Under the pieces are notes generated by a model. That model was not told the origin of the DNA. It worked only from the letters and a program-made list of their open reading frames with translations, and did no database searches. From Octopus sinensis (Eukaryota): a DNA stretch of 64,000 bases. The stretch is from positions 78,492,001-78,556,000 of the forward strand of contig NC_043002.1 in NCBI RefSeq assembly GCF_006345805.1, read 5' to 3'. Position numbers and translations under genes: made by a program. Below, one piece after another: positions 1 to 11,565 of this stretch (its first letter is position 1; every line of letters starts with the position of its first letter).

Positions 1-1813
1 CGAGAGTGTAGTGGGTGATTTTATGTGCCACCGACACAGGTGCCAGACGAGGCTGGCAAACGGCCACGCTCGGATGGTGTTTTTATGTGCCACCGACACA
101 GGTGCCAGACGAGGCTGGCAGACGGCCACGCTCGGATGGTGTTTTTATGTGCCACCGACACAGGTGCCAGATGAGGCTGGCAAACGGCCACGATCGGATG
201 GTGCTTGTTACGTGCCCACAGCACGGAGGCCAGTCGATGCGGTACTGGCTACGGCCATGTTCGGATGGTTTTCTTGTGTGCCACGTGCCACCGGCACTGG
301 TACCACAAGGATACAAATTCCATTGATGTTCATCTATTTTGATTTGTTTTGATTTTCACTTGCCTCAACAGGTCTTCACAAGTGTCACAAGAAGGAAGGT
401 ATGCACAGGTGGACTGACTACGTCCCTGGTAGGGGCCATGGGTTATGGCCTGACTAGTCTTGCCAGGTCTTCGGATGGTGTTTTTATGTGCCACCGACAC
501 AGGTGCTAGATGAGGCTGGCGAACGGCCACGATCGGATGGTGTTTGTCATGTGCCCACCGCACTGACGGATTTCTTGTGTGCCACAGGCACTGGTACCAC
601 AAGATACAAATTCCATTGATGTTCATCTATTTTGTCTATTTTGATTTGATTTGATTGATTTGATTTTGATTTTCACTTGCCTCAACCGATCTTCACAAGT
701 GTCACAAGAAGGAAGGTATGCACAGGTGGACTGACTAGTCTTGCCGGGTCTTCGGAAGGTGTTTTTTATGTGCCACCGACACAGGTGCCAGATGAGGCTG
801 GCGAACGGCCATGATCGGATGGTGTTTGTTACGTGCCCACAGCACGGAGGCCGGTCGATGCGGAACTGGCTACGGCCACGTTCGGATGGTTCTCTTGTGT
901 GCCACCGGCACTGGTACCACAGAGTGTGTGCCACCGGCACTGGTACCACATAGATACAGATTCCATTGATGTTCATCTATTTTGATTTGTTTTGATTTTG
1001 ATTTTCTCTTGCCTCAACAGGTCTTCACAAGTGTCACAAGAAGGAAGGTATGCACAGGTGGACTGACTACGTCCCAGGTAGGGGCCATGGGTTATGGCCC
1101 GACTAGTCTTGCCGGGTCTTCGGATGGTGTTTTTATGTGCCACCGACACAGGTGCTAGATGAGGCTGGCGAACGGCCACGATCGGATGGTGTTTGTCATG
1201 TGCCCACAGCACGGAGGCCATCGATGCGGTACTGGCTACGGCCACTTTCGGATGGTTTTCTCTTGTGTGCCACCGGCACTGGTACCACAAGATACAAATT
1301 CCATTGATGTTCATCTATTTTGATTTGTTTTGATTTTGATTTGATTTTGATTTTCACTTGCCTCAACAGGCCTTCACAAGTATCACAAGGAGGAAGGTAT
1401 GCACAGGTGGACTGACTACATCCCAGGTAGGGGCCATGGTTTATGGCCTGACTAGTCTTGCCGGGTCTTCGGATGGTGTTTTTATGTGCCACCGACACAG
1501 GTGCTAGATGAGGCTGGCGAACGGCCACGACCGGATGGTGTTTGTTACGTGCCCCAGCACGATGGCCAGTGATGCGGAACTGGCTACGGCCATGTTCGGA
1601 TGGATTCTTGTGTGCCACCGGCACTGGTACCACAAGCGGTACTGACTACTTTTTATGTGCCACCGACACAGGTGCTAGATGAGGCTGGCGAACGGCCACG
1701 ACCGATGGTGTTTGTTATGTGCCCACAGCACGATGGCCAGTGATGCGGTACTGACTACGGCCACGTTCGGATGGATTCTTGTGTGCCACCGGCACTGGTA
1801 CCACAAGCGGTAC
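1..1813 (-). mobile_element. Tandemly amplified 3' UTR of an RTE-clade LINE (~62-bp subrepeats plus about five ~300-350-bp units), 5'-truncated
   Basis: Near-identical in sequence and unit order to 40740-42170, which runs directly into an RTE reverse transcriptase ORF. Continues beyond the window start. Confidence 0.85.
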
Positions 1814-1838
1814 TGACTATATATATATATATATACAA

Positions 1839-1887
<49 letters not shown>

Positions 1888-2134
1888 TATACACACACAC
1901 ATGTTTGTGGCATGAAAAATACATCCCGTGTATCTGTAAAATGTTTGGCATTAGGAAGGGTATCTAGCCATAGAAACCATACGTAGGATGTTAAATGATG
2001 AGGATTATATAAAGACACTTCTTCAAAAGAGTTCTAACTTTTCTGAATCTGTATAAAAATGAACTGCTGTTGAATGACACATTGAACACTTTATTAATAA
2101 TTAAATTAAAATTACATTTTCAACATACTGATAT

Positions 2135-2557
2135 GCAGAAGTGACTGTATGTTGGATGGTTTGTTCCCCATCCACATGGTTCCAGGTGCAGTTCCACTCG
2201 TGGTACCTTGGGCAAGTGTCTCCTACAATAGCTTCTGGCCAACTATGGCCATGTGAATGGATTTGGTGGGCAGTGGCTGAAAGAAGTCCATCATGTATAT
2301 ATGTATGAATGTATGTGTGCTGTTATCTCCTTGCCCTGATAGTTGTAAATGAGTATCACCATCATGTAAGTGGTGTCCTTCATTTCCAATCTTCTGTGAA
2401 AACATATCTGGTCATGGAGAAATATTACCTTACTTGAAAACAGGTAAAGGTTGGTGACAGGAAGGGCATCCGGCTGTAGAAAATCCACCTCAACAAATTC
2501 TATCTGACCCACGATGCCAGCATGGAAAAGTGGATGTTAAAAGGATGATGATGATGC
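2135..2557 (+). mobile_element. tRNA-headed SINE with CORE-like segment, internal microsatellite and RTE-type tail (family E)
   Basis: GGTACCTTGGGCAAGTGTC CORE-like block; tail ...GCCAGCATGGAAAAGTGGATGTTAAA(GAT)n shared with RTE ends. Related copies near 3200-3590, 26560-26998 and 34725-35110. Ends approximate. Confidence 0.7.
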
Positions 2558-3006
2558 ATTGTCTTTTATAGAAATTAAACTATCAACAAACAACCTATGT
2601 AAATTTTGATTTGCTATTTTTTTTTTTGTTTTTAGTTATTTTATTTTGAAATTGTAAATTGATAAAACAAATATTTTCTAAAGCCAGGATCAATGGGGGG
2701 AAAGCTTGACTGAAAGAAGTATGTTTTTAAATGAGAATCAAATTTTGAACCTAAATTGGAACTTAGCTACCCCATCTCCCCATGAAATTGGACATATAAA
2801 CTGATAAACGATTTTTACACTTTTAAAAGATTTAGATTCAGTTGTGAATTGATCAATTGAACATTTTCACCCGAGAAAAGTTTATAGAATAAAATAGAAT
2901 GCATTTTTTGAGGAAATTAACAGCCTGATACTAAAGAACTAGCTATAATTTGATTTTAAAAAATTACTAAAATTTTTTATATATAATTTAAAATAAATAT
3001 TTTCAG

Positions 3007-3144
3007 TGAAAATGAGATGGTACCAGAGGTTACTGAACAAATCCAACAACCTACAAGACTTGTCTACCAGTGGGTTGATATTACAGATGAATTTTCCCAA
3101 GCATGTTCTGAGCTACACCTTGGCGAATTACTTAGAGATTCTTC
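3007..3144 (+). CDS. NAA35: NAA35 coding exon (ENEMVPEV...YQWVDITDEFSQACSELHLGELLRDS)
   Basis: tttcag acceptor, gtgagt donor. WVDIT..F..AC.EL.LGELL.D matches the NAA35 N-terminus. ATG at 3017 may be the start, but the frame is open up to the acceptor. Confidence 0.9.
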
Positions 3145-3950
3145 GTGAGTATATTTATATATATATATATATTTGTAAGCATGTGTGTTTGTGATCGTGT
3201 GAGATGGTTATGCAGTTGAAAACTTTACTTCCCAAATATATGATTTCAGGTTTAGTCCTACTGTGCAGCACTTTGGGAAAATGCTTTTTACTTTAGCTCT
3301 GAGCAGACCTAAGCCTTGGGAGTGGACATGGTTGATGGAAACTGAAAGAAGCCTGTCATGAATATATGTATGTGTGTGTGCATGTGTGTTTGTTTACATT
3401 TGTGCTTCTCTGAAAATCTCTGAGGTACAAGTGGCAATGTTGTCATTCCCTTTGTCAACATATCATCTGCTGGTATTGTGCCCTTCAAAATAAAGCATCC
3501 TTTACTTAGGCAGGGCATCCAAGTGTAAAACAGTATCTCAATAATATATTTCTCTAACCCATGCTAGCATGGAAAAACTGACATAAAAACAAATGCACAC
3601 ACACACATAGTGGTTTGACTCTTATTCTAGCAATATATGTACTTATAGCACATACAGTCATAATTAGTGGTGACTAAATTATGCGTATACGATTTATATT
3701 GTGCCCAGTTGCTCACATAAATTTTATATATATATATAAAACACCTAGTACATTCTGTAAAGTGGTTGGCATTAGGAAGGGCATCCAGCCATACAAACCG
3801 TGTGCTAAAGCACACATTAAAGCTTGGTGCAGTCCGCCTGCTTTCTAGATCCTGCCAAACTGTCTAACACATGCTAGCATGGAAGATAGACATTATCAGG
3901 ATGATGATATATATATCATACTTATCATATAAAACATACTTCTTTCAGTG

Positions 3951-4320
3951 CAGGAGTGGCTGTGTGGTAAGTAGCTTGCTTACTAACCACATGGTTCCGG
4001 GTTCAGTCCCACTGCACAGCACCTTGGGCAAGTGTCTTCTACTATAGCCTCGGGCTGGCCAAAGCCTTGTGAGTGGATTTGGTAGACGGAAACTGAAAGA
4101 AGCCCGTCGTATATATGTATATATATGTGTGTCTGTGTCTGTTCCCCCCAACATCGCTTGACAACCAATGCTGGTGTCCCCGTAACTTAGCGGTTTGGCA
4201 AACGAGACCAATGGAATAAGTACTAGGCTTACAAAGAATAAGTCCTGGGATTGATTTGCTCAACTAAAGGCGGTGCTCCAGCATGGCCGCAGTCAAATGA
4301 CTGAAACAAGTAAAAGAGTA
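3951..4320 (+). mobile_element. Full-length tRNA-derived CORE-like SINE (family C)
   Basis: A box TGGCTGTGTGG, B box GGTTCAGTCCC, CACCTTGGGCAAGTG CORE-like block, tail GACTGAAACAAGTAAAAGAG. Near-identical copies at 46191-46558 and 52577-52980. Confidence 0.85.
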
Positions 4321-4639
4321 TATATATATATATGTGTGTGTGTGTGTGCATCTATAAAAACTTACCTATCACTCACGAGCAAGTATGACTTGGGAGCATG
4401 TATCATGCTTTTGCTAATTGTTTTAAAAGTATCTGCGTACTTGTGAGTCGACATAGACGTCCTCTCAGCTCTTACACCCTCGATTCATTGGAACATCAAA
4501 GATGTGACATGTGGAAGAAGAGAGAGGGCTGTGCCAGTACTTGGCTGGAACTTGATTTTCAGCTGAGTAAACTGATGCAATGTAAAACAAAGTACCTTGC
4601 TGATGGATACAGCAAATCTCTAGATTCATTATTATTATT

Positions 4640-4990
4640 ATCACCCCCACCTTAGCGAAGGCAAAGGTATTGTTTTCAGTCGTGTTTGTTTGTCCATGGA
4701 CAAGATATCTCAAGAACTTCTGAATGGACCTGGATGAAATTTTCAGGGATGTTTGGCCTCAAACTGATTAGATTTTGGGATTGATCTGGTACCGGACAAG
4801 GATTCTGGATTATTTTTCCGTTTTTTTTACTTAATTTTGGAGAGCAGTTGGGTTCATTTTTAGTATTCTCATTTGTGAGAGCAGTTGAATTTATTTAAGA
4901 TACTCTCATTTTAATAATCATCTCTGGCTAATCGTTGAGAGGACGTTGGTGTTGCCTTGGCAGAGGTTTGCGCTCCCTGAGTACCCTTGT
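4640..4990 (+). mobile_element. Helentron-associated (DINE-1/HINE-like) non-autonomous element
   Basis: Subterminal inverted repeats CCTTAGCGAAGGC and GCCTTGGCAGAGG (10/13 match); T-rich flanks; 3' GCGCTCCCTGAGT end. Classification by architecture only. Confidence 0.45.
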
Positions 4991-5010
4991 TGTTTTTTTT
5001 TGTCGTCGTC

Positions 5011-5445
5011 AAGACAGCAAGGTGACAAAATCGTAAGCACATCAGGTAAAATGCTTAGTGGAATTTTGTTTGTCTTCACATTCTGAGTTCAAATTCTGCC
5101 ATGGACAACTTTGCCTCTCATCCTTTTAGAGGTCAATAAAATGAGTACTCGTTGAGCATTGGGGTTGATGTAATTGACTTACCCTGAAAGGGCCAAAAAC
5201 TTGGAATCATTATTATTGTTATATTAAGAGAGCAAGCTGGCAGAATCATTATCATGCTAGACGAAATGCTGAGCGATATTTCTTCTGGTTTTGTGTTCTG
5301 AGTTCAAATTCTGCCAATGTTGACTTTGCCATTCATCTTTTTAGGGTCAGTGAAATATGTATCAGTCAAGTACTGGGGGTCGATTTAATTGACTTAGCAT
5401 CTCACAAAATTTTAGGCCTTGTACCTATCTTAAAAAGGATTGAGA

Positions 5446-5476
<31 letters not shown>

Positions 5477-5718
5477 GGTACTGAGTTGGCAGACTTGTCA
5501 GCACACTAGACAAAATGCTTAGCAGTATTTCGTCTCTATTTACATTTTGAGTTCAAATTTTGCCAAGGTTGATTTTGGCCTTTTTAATTTTGGGGTCGAT
5601 AAAATAAACACCAGTTGAACTCTGGGATCGATGTAATTGGCTTACACTCTCCTTCATAATTACTGGCTTTATGTCAAAACTTGAAACCATCATCATCATC
5701 ATTATTATTATTATTATA
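5011..5718 (+). mobile_element. Three head-to-tail tRNA-derived SINEs (family B), each ending in (ATT)n
   Basis: Each unit has GAGTTCAAAT (B box) and the conserved TTTGCCTTTCATCCTTT..GGGGTCGATAAA..AGTACCAG central block. Confidence 0.85.
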
Positions 5719-5736
5719 AGCTTTTCTTTGTTACAG

Positions 5737-5851
5737 ATTTACCCTCTTTGAAGCAATGTCAGCAATTGAAATGATGGACCCCAAAATGGATGCTGGTATG
5801 CTTTGTAATCAAACCAAGAGAAAAGTGTTAAATTTTGAGCAATCTATAAAG
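5737..5851 (+). CDS. NAA35: NAA35 coding exon ([38 protein letters not shown])
   Basis: [19 protein letters not shown] is the hallmark Mak10-family motif. ttacag/gtaaat splice sites; phase fits both neighbours. Confidence 0.98.
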
Positions 5852-6048
5852 GTAAATGATTCACTAATGATTTTGCTCAGTTGAATAATTGCCTGGGGAT
5901 AGAGCAATGGATGCTCTACTCATTGTTCCTTGTTGTGGAGTTGGAATGAATTCTCTTCTTAGGAAGAGCAGGCAGGTTAATTCAAATAGAGTTATGTTTC
6001 TTGGTCATAAAGCACAACGACCAAGATTTGTGTTTGGATTTCTGAGTT

Positions 6049-6635
6049 CAACCCTTCAGCATTTAAACTGGTCATTCCTACCCAAATATTCTACTTATTT
6101 TCAAACTGATCAGATCCTGCCTTTTACACCAAGGCTACAATATCATTCTAAAAATATGCAAGCATGTCATTGAAATCTTGAAGGTACAAGACAATGCATG
6201 TTTAATTCAAAACAATGTAATAAATAAACTGTTTAAATGATAGAGTAGTCATCATCATCATCGTTTAACGTCCGTTTTCCATGCTGGCATGGGTTGGACG
6301 GTTCGACTGGGGTCTGGGAAGCCAGGAGGCTGTGCCAGGCTCCTGTCTGATTTGGCAGTGTTTCTACAACTGGATGCCCTTCCTAACGCCAACCACTCCG
6401 TGAGTGTTGTGGGTGCTTTTTATGTGCCACCGGCATAGGGGCCAGAGGAGGCTGGCAAACAGCCACGATCAGTTGGTGCTTTTTATGTGTCACTGACACG
6501 GACGCCAGTCAAGCGGCACTGGCATCAACCTTGTTTGGATGGTGTTTTTTTGTGTGCCACTGGCATGGGTATCTTAACTAAAATTTCCATTTGATTTTTA
6601 TTTTGTTGCTGGTGTTATCTGAATGCTAAAGAGTT
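6049..6635 (+). mobile_element. piggyBac-type MITE (family 2) split by an RTE-tail element (~6250-6605, minus strand)
   Basis: Begins AACCCTTCAGCATTTAAAC and ends CTGAATGCTAAAGAGTTAA; matches intact copies at 24885-25101 and 51981-52199. Ends approximate. Confidence 0.7.
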
Positions 6636-6889
6636 AAAGTGCTTTGATCCGAGGCATAGTGCAGTAGAAATGATGGGATATGAAACTTTGACTTTGTGGT
6701 CAATGATCAACAATCTAGTGACTTAACCAGCTGTTATTCTGCCTCAGAATATATTGCTAATAGTTAATAGTCAAAGTTATGAGAACATTCCAAAAAGTAA
6801 AAAAAAAAGATAATGAAAAACTTAAGGTCGGCAAAATGCCGTAAGCAGAGTTTGAACTGATAACTTCTGAATTAGTATTGTAATCATGT

Positions 6890-7170
6890 ATCGAGCGTGA
6901 TCGTTACCAACGTTGCTTCACTGGCATGTGTAAAAAGATTCGAGCGAGGTCATTGCCAGTACCGCCTGACTGGCCCCCGTGCCAGTGGCACGTAAAAAGC
7001 ACCCACTACTCTCTCGGAGTGGTTGGCATTAGGGAGGGCATCCAGCTGTAGAAACTCTGCCAGATCAAGACTGGAGCCTGGTGCAGTCATCTGGCTCGCC
7101 AGCCCTCAGTCAAAATCGTCCAACCCATGCTAGCATGGAAAGCGGATGTTAAACGATGATGATGATGATG
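6890..7170 (+). mobile_element. RTE-tail short element (family A: SINE or truncated RTE 3' end)
   Basis: GAGTGGTTGGCATTAGGGAGGGCATCCAGC...CCAACCCATGCTAGCATGGAAAGCGGATGTTAAAC(GAT)n. Further copies near 12000-12240, 12620-12830, 19290-19612, 22765-23095, 45420-45790, 56420-56740, 57535-57870 and 63770-64000. Confidence 0.85.
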
Positions 7171-7678
7171 TATCTGGAATTTATTCACTATAATTATCAT
7201 CCATTTGATAACCAATTTACCTGAGATCGTTCCTGGTTCTCTTGATACAAATCTTACTGTTATAAGGTGCTCATATTTCAATTCAAATAATGCATTATAA
7301 TTCTATGTAAGAATTTTTTTTATCAGTTATATTCTAAACATCAATTTAATATTGAAGTTGATTATTTCAATAAATTCCTCCAAATTCTTGAGTATTTTCA
7401 AAATTAATCAAAATATTTTTTAGATATATGGTCATGAATGGATAAAAATATGAAGAATATTTCTTATGAGTTTAATAAAAAAAAAACTATGTAAAAATGG
7501 CAGCATAAAGATCAGCATGCAACACTAATACTAATATCCTGTACTAGGAATAATAGTATTATGTAACAATTTCACCACCAATGTGAAGAAATAACAGTAT
7601 AAAAAAATTACATATAAAATTTATAAAATAGAAGTTATTTATAACTACTGATTGCATTTTTTTCTTATTATTCTTCAG

Positions 7679-7753
7679 GCTAGTATTGTGTCAATAAAAG
7701 ATCTCAAGTTTCCAAAATTAATTGGTATCATGGATGCTACTTTGGCCTGTCTG
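7679..7753 (+). CDS. NAA35: NAA35 coding exon (ASIVSIKDLKFPKLIGIMDATLACL)
   Basis: cttcag/gtaagt; 75 nt, phase 0/0; IKDL..P.LIGIMD conserved. Confidence 0.96.
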
Positions 7754-7899
7754 GTAAGTATTTTAGTGACATTATTTTCAATGATCTATACATAAGTTTG
7801 TGAACAATGTTTGGTAAATAAGTATGTAGTGTGAGTGTGGCATTAGGGGAATGTTGCAACCCAATCTGTTTTGGAATGTCAGAAGATGCAGATGGTGAT

Positions 7900-7937
<38 letters not shown>

Positions 7938-8304
7938 ATATTATATATATATATATAATATATATATATATAATATATATATATATAAGCAAAACACTCA
8001 AACAATGAGATTTAATATCAGATGTCACTACTGTTCATATCATCTGTGGATAAATTTTAAAATTGATGATATCACCAGCAGTGACATAGGTGGATCGCAG
8101 GCGCAATAGCATTAAGTAGCTATGAATTATAAATTTATACGAAGTGTAAGGATGCTTAACAAGCATCCACCTGCTAGAAATAAGAGCTAAAGTCTTAAAT
8201 TTATCCACCATACCGCACCAAGATAACAGAGAAAAACAGTATGCAAGGAAAACAGAAAGGATTAAAACATTTAACAGCACAAATAAATATGCAATTAGGG
8301 ATAT

Positions 8305-8359
8305 CCACAAACCAGGTTTCGGCTTTTGGGTATTTAAACCCTGAGCCTCCTCAGTGTGG
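8305..8359 (-). ncRNA. Minimal type I hammerhead ribozyme (Penelope-like element type)
   Basis: Minus strand reads CCACA-CUGAGGA-GGCU[loop]AGCC-GAAA-C-CUG-G-UU-UGUGG. Stem I 5 bp, stem II 4 bp, full core, GUU cleavage triplet. Confidence 0.75.
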
Positions 8360-8692
8360 CTTACCGGGTCATAATCCATAACCGTTAAACTCTGACTGAG
8401 CAATTGGTTTTGTTTTGCGCCAAAAACAGCACATGGTGCATAAAATTTTATAAGCAAAAGTGATGCTAATAACCTGGTGTTAGAACTCAATATAGATATG
8501 CTTCAGAGAATGCATTTGTCATGTACAGAGTGTAATAAATTATATAAATGACAAGCAAACAAGAAGTTATGTAATGGACTTTAATAGCTTACAGTTGTTT
8601 CTGCTATAAGATGCAATGCATTCATAGCTGAGTGCTTCTGTATCACCTTACAACTTTGTGCAACGTACATGTTTCTGTGTGTGTGTGTATAT

Positions 8693-8723
<31 letters not shown>

Positions 8724-9231
8724 TTTTTTTTTTCTCTACTCTTGTCTTGACATCATGTGATAATTGTAAACAAGTATCATCATTATACAATGCTGTTCAT
8801 TTCCAGTCTTCTGTGGATTGTGTATCTGGCTGTGGGAAATATTACTCAGTGTGGTAATTTTTTTACTGTCATAAGCTCTTCCTGTGGCCAACACTCACTT
8901 GTTTCCAACTATCATGTGATGTCAAGGTGTGGAGACAAACACTCACACACAAATAAAATGGGTTTCTTTCAGTTTCCATGTACCAAATCAACTCACAGGC
9001 TTTGATCAACTTGGGGCTGTAGTGGAAGGCATTTGCCCCAAGGTGTCATACAGTGGTACTACCATGTGATTGGAAAGCAAACTTTTTATCTACACAGTTG
9101 TGTGTGTGTGTGCTAGACAAGATCCCTCTCAACTCTGAGGTGTAGTACTGAGGAAGGTGGCTTTATGCTCAGTGATGAGTACATGTTAACAATGATTAGT
9201 TAACTTCTGCTATTGTTTTATCTCTTTTTAG

Positions 9232-9399
9232 GTTACATGGTTAGAAGGACATTCTCTTGCTCAGACAGTATTTACTAACCTTTATCTGCACAATCCCTAC
9301 ATTATTGAGGACAGATATTTGAAAGCATTCTGTATTTGTATTCTGAAAACTGTTGATATAATTCGAGACAGAGTCAACAGAGCTGGGGCATTTGAAGAG
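9232..9399 (+). CDS. NAA35: NAA35 coding exon ([22 protein letters not shown]...VNRAGAFEE)
   Basis: [14 protein letters not shown] motif; ttttag/gtaaga; 168 nt. Confidence 0.98.
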
Positions 9400-9692
9400 G
9401 TAAGAATTTGAGATTGTGATTTTTTTCAAACTTCATCTTCGGAGATTAAGCATTTTTTATGATTTACATGTGAAAATGTATTCCATTCTTAGAAATGAGT
9501 CTAATAATTTAAAGAATTATAATCATGTTAACTCATTTTTTATATTTAAGGCAAGAATTTGTTTAAACATTTGCAAGAAAACAGTCTTAACTCTTGTTTG
9601 AATGAAGTTCTTTTAGAATATATTTGTGTTAAATGTACCTGTAGAAGTAGGTGTTGGGGAAATGGCCAACTTTTCTTTCTCTTTGTTTCTTG

Positions 9693-9938
9693 CATGTAAA
9701 GACAGTTCATATCTGCTAAAAGACTTTGAAGTCTTTGACATAATAGTCACTTGTCCAATACATGGTCATATGTTCTCTTTTTGTCCTTCAAAGTTGTTGA
9801 TCCCCTCTCCCCACTTTTATGTTTGCAAAGGATATTTCCTATTAATTCTTGATACAAAAATTTTACAACTGGATACAACTTATTTAAGATGGTGTGCTGG
9901 CAGAATTATTAAATGCTGGACAAAATGCTTAGCAGTGT
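9693..9938 (+). repeat. ~246-bp duplicate of 17570-17819
   Basis: Same orientation, about 95% identical by eye; mostly non-repeat-looking sequence plus a truncated family-B SINE head. Confidence 0.9.
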
Positions 9939-10949
9939 AAGATTTTACTTATAGAAGTAAGATGAGTTTCAAAATAACTTTGACTGTCTCTTACTTGCCG
10001 AGGGCACAGTTATCTCATTCCCTCCCCTCTCTTACAATTTTCTCCTTTCTTATTCTGCTTATGTACTGTGTGTGGACCAGCATGTTGAAGAATAGACCCA
10101 ACGTTTCCTCTGTGTGCCGTAAAAGGCAACTAAAAGAAGCTGAAGTAGGATTTGCACTCCAATCTTGTAAAACCCTCACCAGCAACAGTTATCCAAACAA
10201 ACCCATGGGTTGGAGGATTGCTGCCTGAGTGTAACATATCTATTTTTTTAAATACTTCATAGCTTATTAATTCTATAAAGCTCTTGATTTATTTACATGA
10301 TATCTAATGAACTGCATTTATTCAATTCTACTTCTTTTAATTAAAAAGAAAGCCATTGCAATAATTAATTTGATATTTGTTTGACATACATATGAAACCA
10401 TTTTGTTGCAATATTAATTAGCGATACCTTTTATATAAAAGTAATTAAGTATTAGAAGTTGCATAATGGGTGATGTTAAGGTGCTAGACTATAGATAAAA
10501 TGAATAATTATGTAGACTTATTATCTTATTTAATCTGCTTACCTCCTTCTGAAAATGCCAACCATAATAGCAGTAGATTATTTATTAAGATGTAAACAAG
10601 GTGTAGGCGTAGCCATGTGGTTATGGAGCTCACTTCACAATAACACAGTCTGAGTTTGATCCTACTCTATGGTTGTTTACCCTTGTATCGACCAGTGCTT
10701 TGTGAGTGGAACTTAGTGGGCAGAAACTATGCAGAAGCCTGGTACGTGTGTGTGTTTTATATATGCTTGTGTAAATTGGTGTATTGAGTTGCCTTCGTCT
10801 ATGTCAAAAACGGGATTCAATGATTTGATAAATATTGTTAAAATATCGGATTGAAATAAATGTTTGGATCGATGTTGAAGGCAGTGTTCCAGTATGATTT
10901 GGGAACCCAGTGGCCAAAACCAGTGCTGTATAGTACTCCCTTACTTTAC

Positions 10950-11270
10950 TGGCACTCCGTCGATTACGACGATGAGTGTTCCAGCCGACCTGATCAACGG
11001 AACAACCTGCTTACGAAATTAACGTGCAAGTGGCTGAGTACTGCACAGACATTTGTACCCTTCACAGTTCTCTGGGAGATTCAGCATGACACACAATGTG
11101 ACAAAGCTGGCCCTTTGAATTACAGGTACAACTTGTTTTTACCAGCTGAGTAGACTGGAACAACATGAAATAAAGTGTTTTGCTGAAGGACACAACGCGC
11201 CGGCTGGAAACGAACTCACGACCTTACAATCGTGAGCCGAGTACCCTCATCATTTAGCTCTGCATTCCGT
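10950..11270 (-). mobile_element. tRNA-headed SINE (family D)
   Basis: Reverse complement of the GTGGCTTAGTGGTTAGGGT...CCACTCAGCTGGCAAAAATGAG...CTGAGAACTACGTTAAGGGTAC type seen at 14815-14990, 29596-29930 and 51225-51500. Ends approximate. Confidence 0.7.
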
Positions 11271-11454
11271 ATTGCTCCCTGAATAAGGTACATAACTCTA
11301 CTTTCTCTTACATAAAAAGAGTTCACTCCCTGTTCACTATTATTTACTCTTAACAGTACTAAATGAATTTTGATGTTATATAGTAAACATTTCTTTAAAT
11401 ATTCTTAGAATGCCTGGTATTATATCTCAGTATTTTGTCCATTTAAAATCACAG

Positions 11455-11565
11455 GAAGATTTTCAACTTGTTACATATGGATTTAAAATGGCTGCTGAAA
11501 CTTCAGACGTTCGGGCAATTGGTATGATGAAAGAAGTAGAAGAAGAGGTCAATAGAATCATTAAG
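11455..11565 (+). CDS. NAA35: NAA35 coding exon ([37 protein letters not shown])
   Basis: EDFQ..TYGFKMA motif; tcacag/gtaatt; 111 nt. Confidence 0.97.

Noticed and set aside
11-1902. Cluster of 67-145-aa ORFs and a regularly repeating, CRISPR-like appearance (also 40615-42038)
   Set aside because: The units are full tandem repeats with no unique spacers, there are no cas genes, and the DNA is eukaryotic. The ORFs are read-throughs of a LINE 3' UTR.
8035-8490. 151-aa hydrophobic minus-strand ORF resembling a membrane protein
   Set aside because: No recognisable family or splice context; it overlaps the hammerhead-bearing repeat remnant, and T-rich DNA yields such ORFs by chance.
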